Shown one piece after another: positions 27,008 to 36,800 of a stretch of 64,000 bases of DNA. The DNA lies in the NCBI GenBank assembly GCA_049322955.1, contig JBMOPU010000033.1, forward strand, positions 64,784 to 128,783, written 5' to 3'. This stretch comes from Patescibacteria group bacterium (GTDB lineage: Bacteria > Patescibacteriota > Microgenomatia > UBA10105 > UBA927). The translations under genes were made by a program, and so were the position numbers. Below the pieces are notes generated by a model. The model had not been told where the DNA came from, ran no database searches, and saw only the letters and a list, made by a program, of their open reading frames with translations. Numbering within the stretch: position 1 is the stretch's first letter; each line of letters begins with the position of its first letter.

Positions 27008-27939
27008 TGCGGAAGTTTATTTGCGATAGCGACACAGCCGATAACGATAAGTCCGCCGAGTATTTCGGGAAGCGTGATGAGTTCGCCGTAGATCATAAAG
27101 CCCAAAAGGAGCGCGAACACGTTTTCCAAAAGTAAAATCTGACTGCCGAAAACGGCATCCAGGTGCTTGAACGCGTATATTTCAATCGGGTTAACGATGA
27201 CATTCATAAGTCCTCCGATGGCAAGTCCCGTTAACACGTGGGGATTTTGAAATGCCGACAGGGAAAACGTTTCGCCACGGAACAAGGCAAGAATCCAACC
27301 AGAAATTGCGGCAATCCCCATAACCATAATCGTAATCTCCTGTGTGTTAAGGTGCGCGCTCAAAAGTTTTCTTCCGACAAAAAACCAAGCCATGGTGGCG
27401 GTAGCAATAAGCGTAAAAAACTCGCCGCTCCCGAAGGCTTCGAGTCGGGGGATAAATGATTTTGTTGCTACAAGACTTATGCCCACGAGCGAGCCGATCA
27501 AAAGAAGCGTCAGCTGTGCATTAAACGGCTTTTTCAAAAAAATAAACGAGTAAAGATAGGTAAAAAACGGCACGGAAGCAAATATTACCGCGACGTTTAC
27601 CAGTTTTGCGTTCAACGCTCCCAGGGTGACGAAATACACCGCGATGCTATAGCCGATCGTCCCCATGGTTATAAGGAGCCACAGGTCCGGGGTCGGCGTT
27701 TTTGCCATATGCGCGGGGCGTAGTTTTTTTCGAAACATCATGCTTAACGCGACGGTGGCAATGCCGATGCGCATATACACCTGCGTCATGGGAGGAAATC
27801 CTTCCGCGAGCAGTCGCGAGCCGACGGAGAGTAACGTGTAGGCGGCCGCGACGATAACAAGAAAACCGATCGAAAGTTGTCGGGGGGTTATGCTACCGAT
27901 ACCCGGCAGGTTAACCTGTTGCGGCTTTTTTGAGTTCAT
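27004..27939 (-). CDS. EamA/DMT-family transporter. The start is probably MNSKKPQ at 27939, which avoids the overlap with the upstream Ldh2 gene.
   Basis: Ten TM segments in two repeated halves, typical of EamA. Confidence 0.55.
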   Translation of the reverse strand: MNSKKPQQVNLPGIGSITPRQLSIGFLVIVAAAYTLLSVGSRLLAEGFPPMTQVYMRIGIATVALSMMFRKKLRPAHMAKTPTPDLWLLITMGTIGYSIAVYFVTLGALNAKLVNVAVIFASVPFFTYLYSFIFLKKPFNAQLTLLLIGSLVGISLVATKSFIPRLEAFGSGEFFTLIATATMAWFFVGRKLLSAHLNTQEITIMVMGIAAISGWILALFRGETFSLSAFQNPHVLTGLAIGGLMNVIVNPIEIYAFKHLDAVFGSQILLLENVFALLLGFMIYGELITLPEILGGLIVIGCVAIANKLPQ

Positions 27940-28900
27940 GATACAAATTTTCCTCGATTTCGATTTGTCCCGACGCCAGTCGCGTTTTGGTGAGGGTATT
28001 TCCCCGTTCACCCGGTAATACTATGTCTGCGGTTTCGGGGAGTTTTTTGGTTGCCTTGACCCGTTTGCCGAGTTTTGCCACATTTTCGGCAAATACTTTT
28101 CTGTCGGTTATGAGCTCGGGATCGATCACAAAAACAAGGTTTCCCCAGTTTCCCGCCGTATCACCGAAACCGGTAAAGGATGCGCCGACCAACGGACCCG
28201 TCAGTATTTCCACCATAAGGGCAAGACCTGCTCCTTTGTAACTTTTATCGAACGGGCGAAGCGCACCGTCCATGGCTTTGCCGGGATCATCGGTGAGTTG
28301 TCCGTTTGCATCATACGCGATATCGGAAGGAATTTTTTTACCCGCGGTTCTTGCTTCAATCAGACCGTAGTAGGCCATCGCGGCCGTTGCCATGTCGAGA
28401 ACCAACGGGTCGGTGTCGGTAGGGACACCGATCGCCATCGGGTTTGTGCCGAAAATCGGCTCATACGATCCGTGATATGCAACGGTTTCCGGAGATCCCG
28501 CAAACACGAAACCGATGAGCCCTTCTTTGGCTATTTGGTTTGCCCAATAGCCGAGTGCTCCCGTGGAGCTATTTGTGTCATGGGTTCCCACCATGCCGAA
28601 TCCGTGTTCCTTTGCCTTGGTTATGGCAGTACGTACCGCGTTGTGCATGACGACCGCACCGGGATTTTTCGCGCCATTGATTCGGGCGGAAAGTTTTGTT
28701 TCCTTTTCTATGGTAATCGTTCCCGCTTGAGGATTTTTTGGAATACCTTTGCCGATCAGTTTGACGATACCCTGGTTGTTGCCGCGGAGCTGTGCATACA
28801 AAAGCATATCCAAAATAATTTTGGCCTCTTCATCGTTATATCCCTGTTTTTTGAGCGCACGCAAAGAAAGATCGGTTATTTCGTTTATGGTTATCGTCAT
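27911..28900 (-). CDS. Ldh2-family (malate/L-lactate/sulfolactate dehydrogenase type 2) NAD(P)H oxidoreductase
   Basis: 329 aa. MTITINEITDLSLRALKKQGYNDEEAKIILDMLLYAQLRGNNQGIVKL and HDTNSSTGALGYWANQIAKEG are consistent with Pfam Ldh_2. Confidence 0.65.
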   Translation of the reverse strand: MTITINEITDLSLRALKKQGYNDEEAKIILDMLLYAQLRGNNQGIVKLIGKGIPKNPQAGTITIEKETKLSARINGAKNPGAVVMHNAVRTAITKAKEHGFGMVGTHDTNSSTGALGYWANQIAKEGLIGFVFAGSPETVAYHGSYEPIFGTNPMAIGVPTDTDPLVLDMATAAMAYYGLIEARTAGKKIPSDIAYDANGQLTDDPGKAMDGALRPFDKSYKGAGLALMVEILTGPLVGASFTGFGDTAGNWGNLVFVIDPELITDRKVFAENVAKLGKRVKATKKLPETADIVLPGERGNTLTKTRLASGQIEIEENLYHELKKAATG

Positions 28901-28946
28901 ATATCCTCCTTCGGATACTTCTCCCTCTTCGTTTGATATTCTCTGT

Positions 28947-29795
28947 TTATTTTAGCAACAGTACGCCGATAAAGGCTAGTATTGCCGCTATGATTTTTCG
29001 CTCCACATGACTCCGTTCATGAAGAAGGAGTATGCCGCCCGCGACGGTGAAAATACCGGATGTTGCGGTGATCGGATTGACGCGGGATGCTTCGGCGATC
29101 GACATCGCCCGAATATAGAGGATGTATCCTATGACATTTAACAGTGCCGCGAGCGCCACTTTCCATCCGCCGATATGAAATTCCCTGACCAATTCTTTTT
29201 TCCCCAAGCCGGGAAACGCGATAATGACGATGGGAAAACACCATACCGCAAAACTATAGAGCGTTGCGGGAAGGGGAGCCGATGCCGGTTTATCAAGTAC
29301 TGCGGTGAGTCCCAAAAGAACGGCACATACGACGGCATACCAAAACGGGCGGGTGAACGAAAATTTCGGATTTTTATACACCAAAAGCAATGAGGCGAGA
29401 ATGATACATACGACGCCGATACTTTTTGCCACGGTCAGCGGCTCGCCGAGAAATGCGATAGCACCGATAAATCCGATGACGGTACTGAGACGGAAAATAA
29501 TGGCGAATGTGGATGCATCTACTCCCTGTCGTGCGTAAAATTGCGTACGTTCATAGAATCCGTAGAGAATAACCGTCGATGCGAGGAGAAGATATTGCAT
29601 TGGCGTTAATCCGAAGAGTCCGGAAAGAGAACCGCGCTCAAAAAGAAACAGGATAACGGCAAAAAGCGCCCCCCATAAATTAAAGAGCACCGCAAAAATG
29701 CGGGGTGAACCGGTGCGTATTGCAAGAACACGCATGAGAAGCTCTTGGGCGGCAAAAATAAGGGCGCTGGCGATTGCCAGCAAAAACCACAACAT
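28947..29795 (-). CDS. EamA/DMT-family transporter
   Basis: 282 aa and 10 TM segments. Confidence 0.55.
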   Translation of the reverse strand: MLWFLLAIASALIFAAQELLMRVLAIRTGSPRIFAVLFNLWGALFAVILFLFERGSLSGLFGLTPMQYLLLASTVILYGFYERTQFYARQGVDASTFAIIFRLSTVIGFIGAIAFLGEPLTVAKSIGVVCIILASLLLVYKNPKFSFTRPFWYAVVCAVLLGLTAVLDKPASAPLPATLYSFAVWCFPIVIIAFPGLGKKELVREFHIGGWKVALAALLNVIGYILYIRAMSIAEASRVNPITATSGIFTVAGGILLLHERSHVERKIIAAILAFIGVLLLK

Positions 29796-29818
29796 GACAT
29801 GCAGTATACGCTTCCTTC

Positions 29819-30511
29819 ATGAGGTTTTCGAGAGCATGTTATAAAAACGATGGTATAATTTGTTCAATGAAGAATATTTTGGATGTCGATGAAAAATATT
29901 TCGGATTTCTTTTCCATTATTATCGGGCGGAAGTGTATCGCGAAACGAACTGGAGAAACCGCATGGATGTTTCAACCAATTGGGCGATCGTCGTTACCGG
30001 TGTTATCTTATCGTTTGCGTTCGGCGAAGGAGATGCGCCGCATACCGTCATCATTTTAAACTACCTCATTGCGCAGTTTTTTCTGTATATAGAAGCCCGA
30101 AGATACCGGTATTATACGATGCTTCGTTCCCGAACGAGACTTATGGAAGAGCACCTGCTTGCACCCATACTGTCCGGGACGGAAAAACAGCAGACCGAAG
30201 ACTGGGCAAAACAGCTGGCGCAAACGCTTGCCCGGCCGAAAGTGTCGATGTCCAAAATTGAATCGTTTGCATGGAGGTTGCGAAGACAATACATGGTGCT
30301 ATTGGGAATCATTTTTATCGCATGGGTCGCTAGAATATTTATGCATCCGACTCCCGTAACGACGTTGGAAGCGGCGATAGCACAAGCGAATGTGTGGGTG
30401 ATACCGGGCGTTATCGTGTTTGGTATATTTGTCGGATCACTGCTTTGGTGTATGGCCTTGGCCTATATTTACGTCCCGCGGGTAGCCGCCTTAGTGGACG
30501 ACCTTCCCTAG
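29819..30511 (+). CDS. Integral membrane protein, DUF2270-like. The real start is probably MKNILDV near 29867.
   Basis: The hydropathy pattern alone supports a membrane protein. The family assignment is tentative. Confidence 0.35.
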   Translation: MRFSRACYKNDGIICSMKNILDVDEKYFGFLFHYYRAEVYRETNWRNRMDVSTNWAIVVTGVILSFAFGEGDAPHTVIILNYLIAQFFLYIEARRYRYYTMLRSRTRLMEEHLLAPILSGTEKQQTEDWAKQLAQTLARPKVSMSKIESFAWRLRRQYMVLLGIIFIAWVARIFMHPTPVTTLEAAIAQANVWVIPGVIVFGIFVGSLLWCMALAYIYVPRVAALVDDLP

Positions 30512-30829
30512 TTCGCTCTCCAGCCAGGCTCGATATTTTTTCGTTACGAATTGAAGGGGGATACCTATGATTTCCGGATTTTCATACGTGTGAGCCGAGA
30601 GAAGCGTTTTTTCCAAGTGCTCCCATTTGCTTTGTAACGTTTTGATAAGCAAGAGCGATTCCTGTGCATAATCGATCTGATTTTTCCCCGGCGGCCAAAG
30701 GAAAAGGGAATCCGCCTGTGGAATAATCTGCACACACGCGGCAAGTTTTTTCTTGAGCAGAAGTTCTCCCAGTTGTTCCGCCTGGGTCTTATCAGTACAC
30801 GAAACCATGACAAGCAATGCATCGGTCAT
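30491..30829 (-). CDS. cutA: Divalent-cation tolerance protein CutA
   Basis: 112 aa. ...CVQIIPQADSLFLWPPGKNQIDYAQESLLLIKT...HTYENPEIIGIPL matches the CutA1 consensus. Confidence 0.7.
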   Translation of the reverse strand: MTDALLVMVSCTDKTQAEQLGELLLKKKLAACVQIIPQADSLFLWPPGKNQIDYAQESLLLIKTLQSKWEHLEKTLLSAHTYENPEIIGIPLQFVTKKYRAWLESELGKVVH

Positions 30830-30841
30830 ATTGATTCCTCC

Positions 30842-31114
30842 TTATCGTTTCACAATATGATGTTGTTTCGGTTTCCACGTCGGGGTGCACACGATAAATA
30901 ACGCGAAGTGTCCGTCCCAATAATATTTTTCCTTCGGTTTCAGTAAAATGCAATCGCCCATCTCGATGGGCGTTTCTTTCCCTCTGTTGCCGATGACTCC
31001 GTTGCCGCTTAATACCAGTACCAACTCCGTGGAAACGGCATTCGTCGCAAATCCTTCTTCCGGATACCTTCCCGAGATAATTGCGGTAGCGCCGCTTATC
31101 CGTCTCTCACGCAT
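30842..31114 (-). CDS. Small cupin-fold protein. The start is at MRERRISG, because the upstream part of the ORF-track call is unlikely to be translated.
   Basis: The sequence has the beta-barrel cupin_2 pattern (..ELVLVLSGNGVIGNRGKETPIEMGDCILLKPKEKYYWDGHFALFIV). Confidence 0.45.
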   Translation of the reverse strand: MRERRISGATAIISGRYPEEGFATNAVSTELVLVLSGNGVIGNRGKETPIEMGDCILLKPKEKYYWDGHFALFIVCTPTWKPKQHHIVKR

Positions 31115-31196
31115 GACATACTCTTCGACGGATGTCGTTGCCGATGCGTCAACACGCCTGGTTTTTTTCTGTTTAATTATCTGCATACAGCAGGTT

Positions 31197-31502
31197 TTAC
31201 ACTTCGCCTGTTTTTTTTGCGGCTTCGAGAAACCGTCGGCGATACAGTGCTTTTTCTTCCTCAGAAAAAAGCGAGAGCATCTCAAACGTCAGCGTTGAGG
31301 TGCGGTTTTCGGTGACACATTGGTGTACCGCGGCATACCCGTAAAAATTCCATTCATGATCAACGACCAGAACGGCGATACGCAGAGGAAATGCCCGTTC
31401 ACGCTCAAGGGTTACGGTATATCGCGCTCCTTCGGTAAGTGAGGAGAACTCAAACGATTTGGGGGGACGAAGCAACGTATTTAATTCCGTCAGGTAACCC
31501 AT
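31197..31502 (-). CDS. Hypothetical protein
   Basis: ORF only. The start is set at MGYLTELN. Confidence 0.25.
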   Translation of the reverse strand: MGYLTELNTLLRPPKSFEFSSLTEGARYTVTLERERAFPLRIAVLVVDHEWNFYGYAAVHQCVTENRTSTLTFEMLSLFSEEEKALYRRRFLEAAKKTGEV

Positions 31503-31530
31503 AGGTGCAAGAGGTATTGTACCGCGCGAG

Positions 31531-32310
31531 TTATCGTTTGTCGAAAAACCCGTGAAGGAGCAGGGCAACGATAATGGTGATGCCGCTTACGATAACCATC
31601 ATGACCAACTGTGCCATCTTTTCGCCGGTGAACCAGCTTTCCTTTGCCGGCGTGACGGTGGGAAGGGCGGTGATTGCCGGGGTGGCAGTGGGTGCCGTGG
31701 TGACCGTCGGTTGATTGCCGAAAAACAACAGGGGTTCGTCCGTAGCGGCGGAAGTCGGCGTCAATGACGGTGTCGGGGTGCGTCGCGGTGTCGGGGTCAG
31801 CGAATTTTCGGTAACCACCACCGTGTATGTGCAATAACTCGGATAGGAGGAAAATGCCTGATTGTTGTCTCGCACCCGGCAGGTGGTGTTATAGGTTCCC
31901 GCCTGGGTATAGGTGTAGGTTGTCGTAATTGAACCGAATTGACCGGCTCCCTTTTCCACCAGTCTTTTTTCACTGCCACCGAATCCGAATTCGACCGCGG
32001 TGATGTCATTATCGGGATCGTAACCCGCACAGGCAAAGGTAACCGTGAGCGGCTTGACGCCCGATCCCGGGCTTACCGAAAGCCCGGTGCATCGCGGAGG
32101 GCTGTTGGTGGGAGTCGGCGTAATCGTTGGCGTAATTGTCGGGGTCGGTGTAACCGTCGGCGAAGGGGTGACGGAAGGAGTAATTGTCGGTGTCGTTGAA
32201 AGATCTGCCCGACTGCGCACATCGGCGTTATCGGTTCGTACCGCCCACAGAAGTATGGGAAGACCGAATACGACGATAAGAATAATGGTGAGAAACGGCA
32301 GGCGCTTCAT
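31531..32310 (-). CDS. Secreted protein with a Thr/Pro-rich linker and a PKD domain. The start is at MKRLPFLTIILIV.
   Basis: Signal peptide or TM, then PT-repeats (TPTITPSVTPSPTVTPTPTITPTITPTPT), then the PKD-like segment PLTVTFACAGYDPDNDITAVEFGFGGSEKR...GTYNTTCRVRDNN. Confidence 0.5.
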   Translation of the reverse strand: MKRLPFLTIILIVVFGLPILLWAVRTDNADVRSRADLSTTPTITPSVTPSPTVTPTPTITPTITPTPTNSPPRCTGLSVSPGSGVKPLTVTFACAGYDPDNDITAVEFGFGGSEKRLVEKGAGQFGSITTTYTYTQAGTYNTTCRVRDNNQAFSSYPSYCTYTVVVTENSLTPTPRRTPTPSLTPTSAATDEPLLFFGNQPTVTTAPTATPAITALPTVTPAKESWFTGEKMAQLVMMVIVSGITIIVALLLHGFFDKR

Positions 32311-32420
32311 ACAAAATAATAGGCCAACAATGAGTATATACCTATTCTGCGGAAAAATGCGAGTATGCCGATTCCGGGTCGGAATCGTCCATGAAAAAAG
32401 CATGCATCCTCAGGTTCCCA

Positions 32421-32429
32421 TGGTATAAT
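32421..32429 (+). promoter_or_regulatory. Extended -10 promoter TGGTATAAT. The alaS ATG at 32437 lies 7 nt downstream, so the mRNA is predicted to be leaderless.
   Basis: Read directly from the sequence. The same architecture, TGGTAAAAT-7nt-ATG, is found at bcp. Confidence 0.45.
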
Positions 32430-32436
32430 GCGATAC

Positions 32437-34302
32437 ATGCAATCGACCGACGTACGGAAAAAATTTATCGCCTACTATGTGAAGCGGGGACATACCGAAA
32501 TCCCTTCCGCCCCCATTGTCCCGCTCAATGATCCTTCGACCCTTTTTACCAGTTCCGGCATGCAACCGTTGGTGCCGTATTTATTGGGTGAGCACCATCC
32601 CGCGGGGACGAGACTGGTTGATAGCCAAAAATCATTTCGTTCACAGGATATCGAGGAAGTCGGCGACAACCGACACACCACGTTTTTTGAAATGTTAGGT
32701 AACTGGAGTCTTGGGGATTATTTCAAAAAGGATCAGTTACCGTGGATCTTCGGATTTTTGACGGATGAACTCTCCTTAGATCCCCGCCGGCTTTATGTCA
32801 GCGTATTTGAAGGAAACGATTCGGTTCCCAAAGACACCGAATCGATCGCGATCTGGAAGGAGTTATTTGCCAAAGTCGGCATTGATGCAAAAGAGGGAGA
32901 GCGAATATTCACCTATCCCGCCAAAAAGAATTGGTGGAGCAGATCGGGAGAGCCGGAAAAAATGCCTCCGGGAGAACCGGGTGGACCGGACAGCGAAGTG
33001 TTTTTTGATTTCGGTATCGAGCGGGGCATGCATGAGAATTCGCCGTATAAAGGGGAGGTATGTCATCCGAATTGTGATTGCGGCAGGTTTATGGAAATCG
33101 CCAACTCCGTGTTTATGCAGTATCAAAAACAGGCGGATGGAACGCTTCGGGAACTGTCACAAAAAAACGTGGACTTCGGCGGCGGATTGGAACGGATGGT
33201 TGCCGCGTCAAATGATGATCCGGATGTTTTTACTACCGATTTGTTTGCCCCCATTATCAGTGCGATTGCATCGTATGCCGGGAAAACCTACGGGACAGAT
33301 ATCAAGGAAACGCAGGCGATGCGAGTTATCGCGGATCATCTGAAAGCGGCAACGTTCATGATCGGAGAAGGCCTGTTTCCGAGTAACAAACAGCAGGGGT
33401 ACGTATTGCGCAGGCTCATCCGTCGTGCCGTCGTGAAAATGCATCAGCTTGGAGGGACGGGATCAAAAGCGGAACTGGGAGTGACGGTATTCCGTGCCGT
33501 GGGGAATATATACAAAGACGTGTATTTTTCTCCGGAATCGCCCGAATTTTCCGAAAAAGAACAGATTCTGTCGGAAGAAATTTTCCGTTTCGAAAAAGTG
33601 CTCCGAACAGGGATGACGGAACTCAAAAAACACGAAACGATTACGGGTACCGTCGCCTTTGATTTATTGCAAAGCTACGGATTTCCGTGGGAACTTACCT
33701 ATGAATTGGCGCTCGATAAGGGTCAGCAGGTGGATAAGGAAGAATTCCAGAAGGAATTTAAAAAACACCAGGATCTTTCCCGAACCGCGGCCGCCGGTAT
33801 GTTTAAAGGAGGACTCGCCGATCATTCGGAAGCCACGACGAAGTTACACACCGCGCATCATTTACTTTTGGCATCATTACAACAGTTGATTGATCCGTCT
33901 ATTAAGCAGAGGGGAAGCAATATTACGGCGGAACGACTGCGTATTGACGTGAGTTTTGCCCGTAAGTTCACCCCCGAGGAACTTAAGAAGGTGGAGGATT
34001 CCGTGAACTCCGCAATCAGCAAAAATCTTGCGGTAACTCGTGCGGAAATGCCGCGTGAGGTGGCTGAAAAAATCGGTGCTCAAATGGAATTCGGCACAAA
34101 ATATCCGGAAAAAGTAAGCGTATATATCGTCGGTTTGAGCGATGGCGTATCTCCCGAACAGGCGACTCCCAAACACTATTTTTCGGCCGAGTTTTGCGGC
34201 GGACCGCATGTCACCTTTACAGGTACTTTGGGTCACTTTACAATAGTAAAAGAGGATGCAAGTGGCGCCGGAGTACGAAGAATATACGCAAAGCTCAGTT
34301 AA
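32437..34302 (+). CDS. alaS: Alanine--tRNA ligase with catalytic, tRNA-recognition and editing domains. At about 621 aa it lacks the C-terminal C-Ala/oligomerisation domain.
   Basis: N-terminus DVRKKFIAYYVKRGHTEIPSAPIVPLNDPSTLFTSSGMQP matches the AlaRS consensus. The editing-site motifs HTAHHLL and CGGPHV are present near the C-terminus. Confidence 0.9.
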   Translation: MQSTDVRKKFIAYYVKRGHTEIPSAPIVPLNDPSTLFTSSGMQPLVPYLLGEHHPAGTRLVDSQKSFRSQDIEEVGDNRHTTFFEMLGNWSLGDYFKKDQLPWIFGFLTDELSLDPRRLYVSVFEGNDSVPKDTESIAIWKELFAKVGIDAKEGERIFTYPAKKNWWSRSGEPEKMPPGEPGGPDSEVFFDFGIERGMHENSPYKGEVCHPNCDCGRFMEIANSVFMQYQKQADGTLRELSQKNVDFGGGLERMVAASNDDPDVFTTDLFAPIISAIASYAGKTYGTDIKETQAMRVIADHLKAATFMIGEGLFPSNKQQGYVLRRLIRRAVVKMHQLGGTGSKAELGVTVFRAVGNIYKDVYFSPESPEFSEKEQILSEEIFRFEKVLRTGMTELKKHETITGTVAFDLLQSYGFPWELTYELALDKGQQVDKEEFQKEFKKHQDLSRTAAAGMFKGGLADHSEATTKLHTAHHLLLASLQQLIDPSIKQRGSNITAERLRIDVSFARKFTPEELKKVEDSVNSAISKNLAVTRAEMPREVAEKIGAQMEFGTKYPEKVSVYIVGLSDGVSPEQATPKHYFSAEFCGGPHVTFTGTLGHFTIVKEDASGAGVRRIYAKLS

Positions 34303-34310
34303 TACGTCCG

Positions 34311-36767
34311 ATGATGAAACTTCCCGATGTCTTTTCAGGATTCCTGCAAAAAAAGGAAGAAACGAAGGATTATTTTTTTTCCTTATATCTTGATGTTGAT
34401 GCCGCGGCCGTGGCCGTTTGGCACATCGATCCGTCCGGAGCCCCCAAAGTAGAAAGTTTTGCCCATGCGGTGATCGCAAACGACACATGGGAAGCCCGCA
34501 TTCAGGTTGTCGACCGGTTACTTTCCGCCGCCGAGGAGAAAGTCGGAGTGACAAAGCCCATTACAAAAACGGTATTCGGTATTGCCGGTTCGTATCTTAC
34601 CCCGGACGGCAATATCACCGAATCGGTCCGTCCGCACTTAAAAAAGCTGTCGCATATGCTGGAGTTGACTCCCGTCGGATTCGTACCGTTGTTTCAGGCG
34701 ATTGCTTTTTCGATTAAACGTGAGGAAGGGGTACCGACAAGCGCCGTGTTGCTCGGATGTTCGGGAAAAACCGCCCGCATGAGTTTGTTTCGAGTCGGCC
34801 AGCTCACGCATGACTTCATGATGGTCTTCGGAGAAGATCCCGCGTCGGCGCTCGAATCAGAATTGAAAAAGATGCAGGACGGCGACGTCCTTCCTTCCCG
34901 CATATTGCTGTACGGAGGAAACGCGCAACTACTCGAGGAAGCCCGAGCCAAGTTACTCAAACATCCCTGGCCGTCCCGGGCAAACTTCCTTCATTTTCCG
35001 AAAATAGAAGTGATTTCCGTGGAGGATCTTTTGACGTCAGTATCGCTTGCGGGCGCTTCCGAGCTTGCTTCAGAAATCGGAGAATCCGCAGATACGGCCG
35101 ATGCGGGAGAGGAAGTTTCGGTGGTGGCACAAGCACCCGCCGTCGCCCATAAGGATTCCGGGACCGACGAAGCGGCGACCGCCGATGACATAACGGCGGA
35201 AGCCGATGAGGAAGAAGAGGCGGAAGAAGTGCCGGACGAAGATACGGAAGAAGACGAAGAGACGCAGGAAACCGAGGGCGATGAAGAGGAAGAAGAAACA
35301 CACGAGGCGGTCGCAGATATGCAGGGCGTGAGCATCGGTGATAATGATGGACAGGATACGATGCCCGGCAATGCGGTCGGGACTGACGAATCCGTATCCG
35401 TGGACGCGGACCGGGAGGATTTGGCCAACGTGACGATGGTTACTCCCGAGTCACTCGGTTTTCGTCATGAGGACGTACTTGAAAAACCGTCCGCACCGGT
35501 CTCTGCAGGACATACGCCGCGGGGCTCAAGCGCGAAAAAACTGTCGTTTGCGGCATTGTCCGGGAAAATGCCGAAATTTTCACTGGTAGACACAAAATCC
35601 GTACTTACCGGCATGCTGTCCCGGCTTTTCAGAGGCAAAGGGAAAACTTTGCCTATCGCGGGGGGAATCGTTGTCGTGGGGCTCATCCTTTTTGCGCTTT
35701 ATTACACGGTGCCGAAGTCAACGATAACGGTGCTTGTTGCCTCGCAATCTCTTGATGAATCAACGGTCGTTTCCGTCGATCCCAAGGCAACGGTTGCCGA
35801 TCCCGAAAGTAAAACCATTCCCGGAAAAAATCAGGAACAATCGGTGACCGGTGAAAAAACCATTGCGGTAACCGGCAAAAAAAACATCGGTGATCCCGCA
35901 AAAGGCACGGTCACGATTTATAACAAGGTAACCAGCGGGAGATCGTTCCCCAAGGGAACAACGCTTACCTCGCAGGGAGTAGCATTTACCCTCGATAGTG
36001 ATGTCAGTGTGGCATCCGCAAGTGAAACGATCGGTTCCATTACGTTCGGCAAGGCGACCGCAAACGTAACCGCAAAAGAAATCGGACCGAACGGAAACCT
36101 TGCGGCAAGTTCCGAATTTAGCTTTGCCAATGTGAGCCCTTCCAGCATATCGGCGAGGAATGAAAGCGCCTTTACCGGAGGAACAAGCAAACAGGTGACC
36201 GTGGTGTCGCGTGCCGATCAGGATGCGCTTGTTTCGGCAATTACCGAGGAGTTGGTGGGACAGGCAAAAGAACAGCTTCGCAGTACCGGAGAAGCGGGAG
36301 ACCGACTGATTGATGCCACCATCAAAACGGAAGTGGCCGAGAAAGTGTTTGACGCGGAACTGAATCAGGAGGCAACACAACTACACGGCAAAATAACCGT
36401 CAAAGTATCCGGCATAAGCATCGGGGACAGTGACGTCAAAGCGGCGTTGCTTCCTCTTGTGACGGCAAAGATTCCGTCGGGATACCGATTGGCTCCGGAA
36501 CAGACGAATGTGACGACCAGTAATGTTACCGTAAAGAAAGACGGCACGATTACCCTTACGGCAAAACTTACCGCGGTAGCGCTTCCCGAAATCAATACTG
36601 AAGCGCTTCGTACCCAACTGGTAGGCAAGCCGGTCAATGAGGCAACCGCTATCTTACGGCAAACGCAGGGAGTAGCAGGAGCTGAATATCGCTTTACGTT
36701 ATCACCCTCGCATTCACGGCTTCCGATGAGCCGGAATAACATCACCATCACCGTCATGGTACAGTAA
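34311..36767 (+). CDS. Large multidomain protein. It has an N-terminal cytoplasmic ~270-aa domain (possibly a degenerate actin-like/FtsA-PilM-like fold), a ~90-aa extremely acidic linker, a single TM, and a ~370-aa extracellular Thr/Ser/Val-rich beta domain with internal repeats.
   Basis: The start is at MMKLPDV, because the ORF-track start at 34194 overlaps alaS. The acidic run is ADEEEEAEEVPDEDTEEDEETQETEGDEEEEETHEA. The TM is LPIAGGIVVVGLILFALYY. There is no LPXTG motif. A sortase gene lies immediately downstream. Confidence 0.45.
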   Translation: MMKLPDVFSGFLQKKEETKDYFFSLYLDVDAAAVAVWHIDPSGAPKVESFAHAVIANDTWEARIQVVDRLLSAAEEKVGVTKPITKTVFGIAGSYLTPDGNITESVRPHLKKLSHMLELTPVGFVPLFQAIAFSIKREEGVPTSAVLLGCSGKTARMSLFRVGQLTHDFMMVFGEDPASALESELKKMQDGDVLPSRILLYGGNAQLLEEARAKLLKHPWPSRANFLHFPKIEVISVEDLLTSVSLAGASELASEIGESADTADAGEEVSVVAQAPAVAHKDSGTDEAATADDITAEADEEEEAEEVPDEDTEEDEETQETEGDEEEEETHEAVADMQGVSIGDNDGQDTMPGNAVGTDESVSVDADREDLANVTMVTPESLGFRHEDVLEKPSAPVSAGHTPRGSSAKKLSFAALSGKMPKFSLVDTKSVLTGMLSRLFRGKGKTLPIAGGIVVVGLILFALYYTVPKSTITVLVASQSLDESTVVSVDPKATVADPESKTIPGKNQEQSVTGEKTIAVTGKKNIGDPAKGTVTIYNKVTSGRSFPKGTTLTSQGVAFTLDSDVSVASASETIGSITFGKATANVTAKEIGPNGNLAASSEFSFANVSPSSISARNESAFTGGTSKQVTVVSRADQDALVSAITEELVGQAKEQLRSTGEAGDRLIDATIKTEVAEKVFDAELNQEATQLHGKITVKVSGISIGDSDVKAALLPLVTAKIPSGYRLAPEQTNVTTSNVTVKKDGTITLTAKLTAVALPEINTEALRTQLVGKPVNEATAILRQTQGVAGAEYRFTLSPSHSRLPMSRNNITITVMVQ

Positions 36768-36800
36768 ATGAAGGGGGTATCCCTTTCGAACTAACGTCAT

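Noticed and set aside
34194-34310. ORF-track start of the 857-aa protein overlapping the last 108 nt of alaS
   Set aside because: The overlap, the frame and the basic junk sequence argue for the in-frame ATG at 34311 just after the alaS stop.
35760-36757. Minus-strand ORFs of 206 and 130 aa
   Set aside because: They are antisense to the extracellular domain of the 857-aa protein and have no features of their own.
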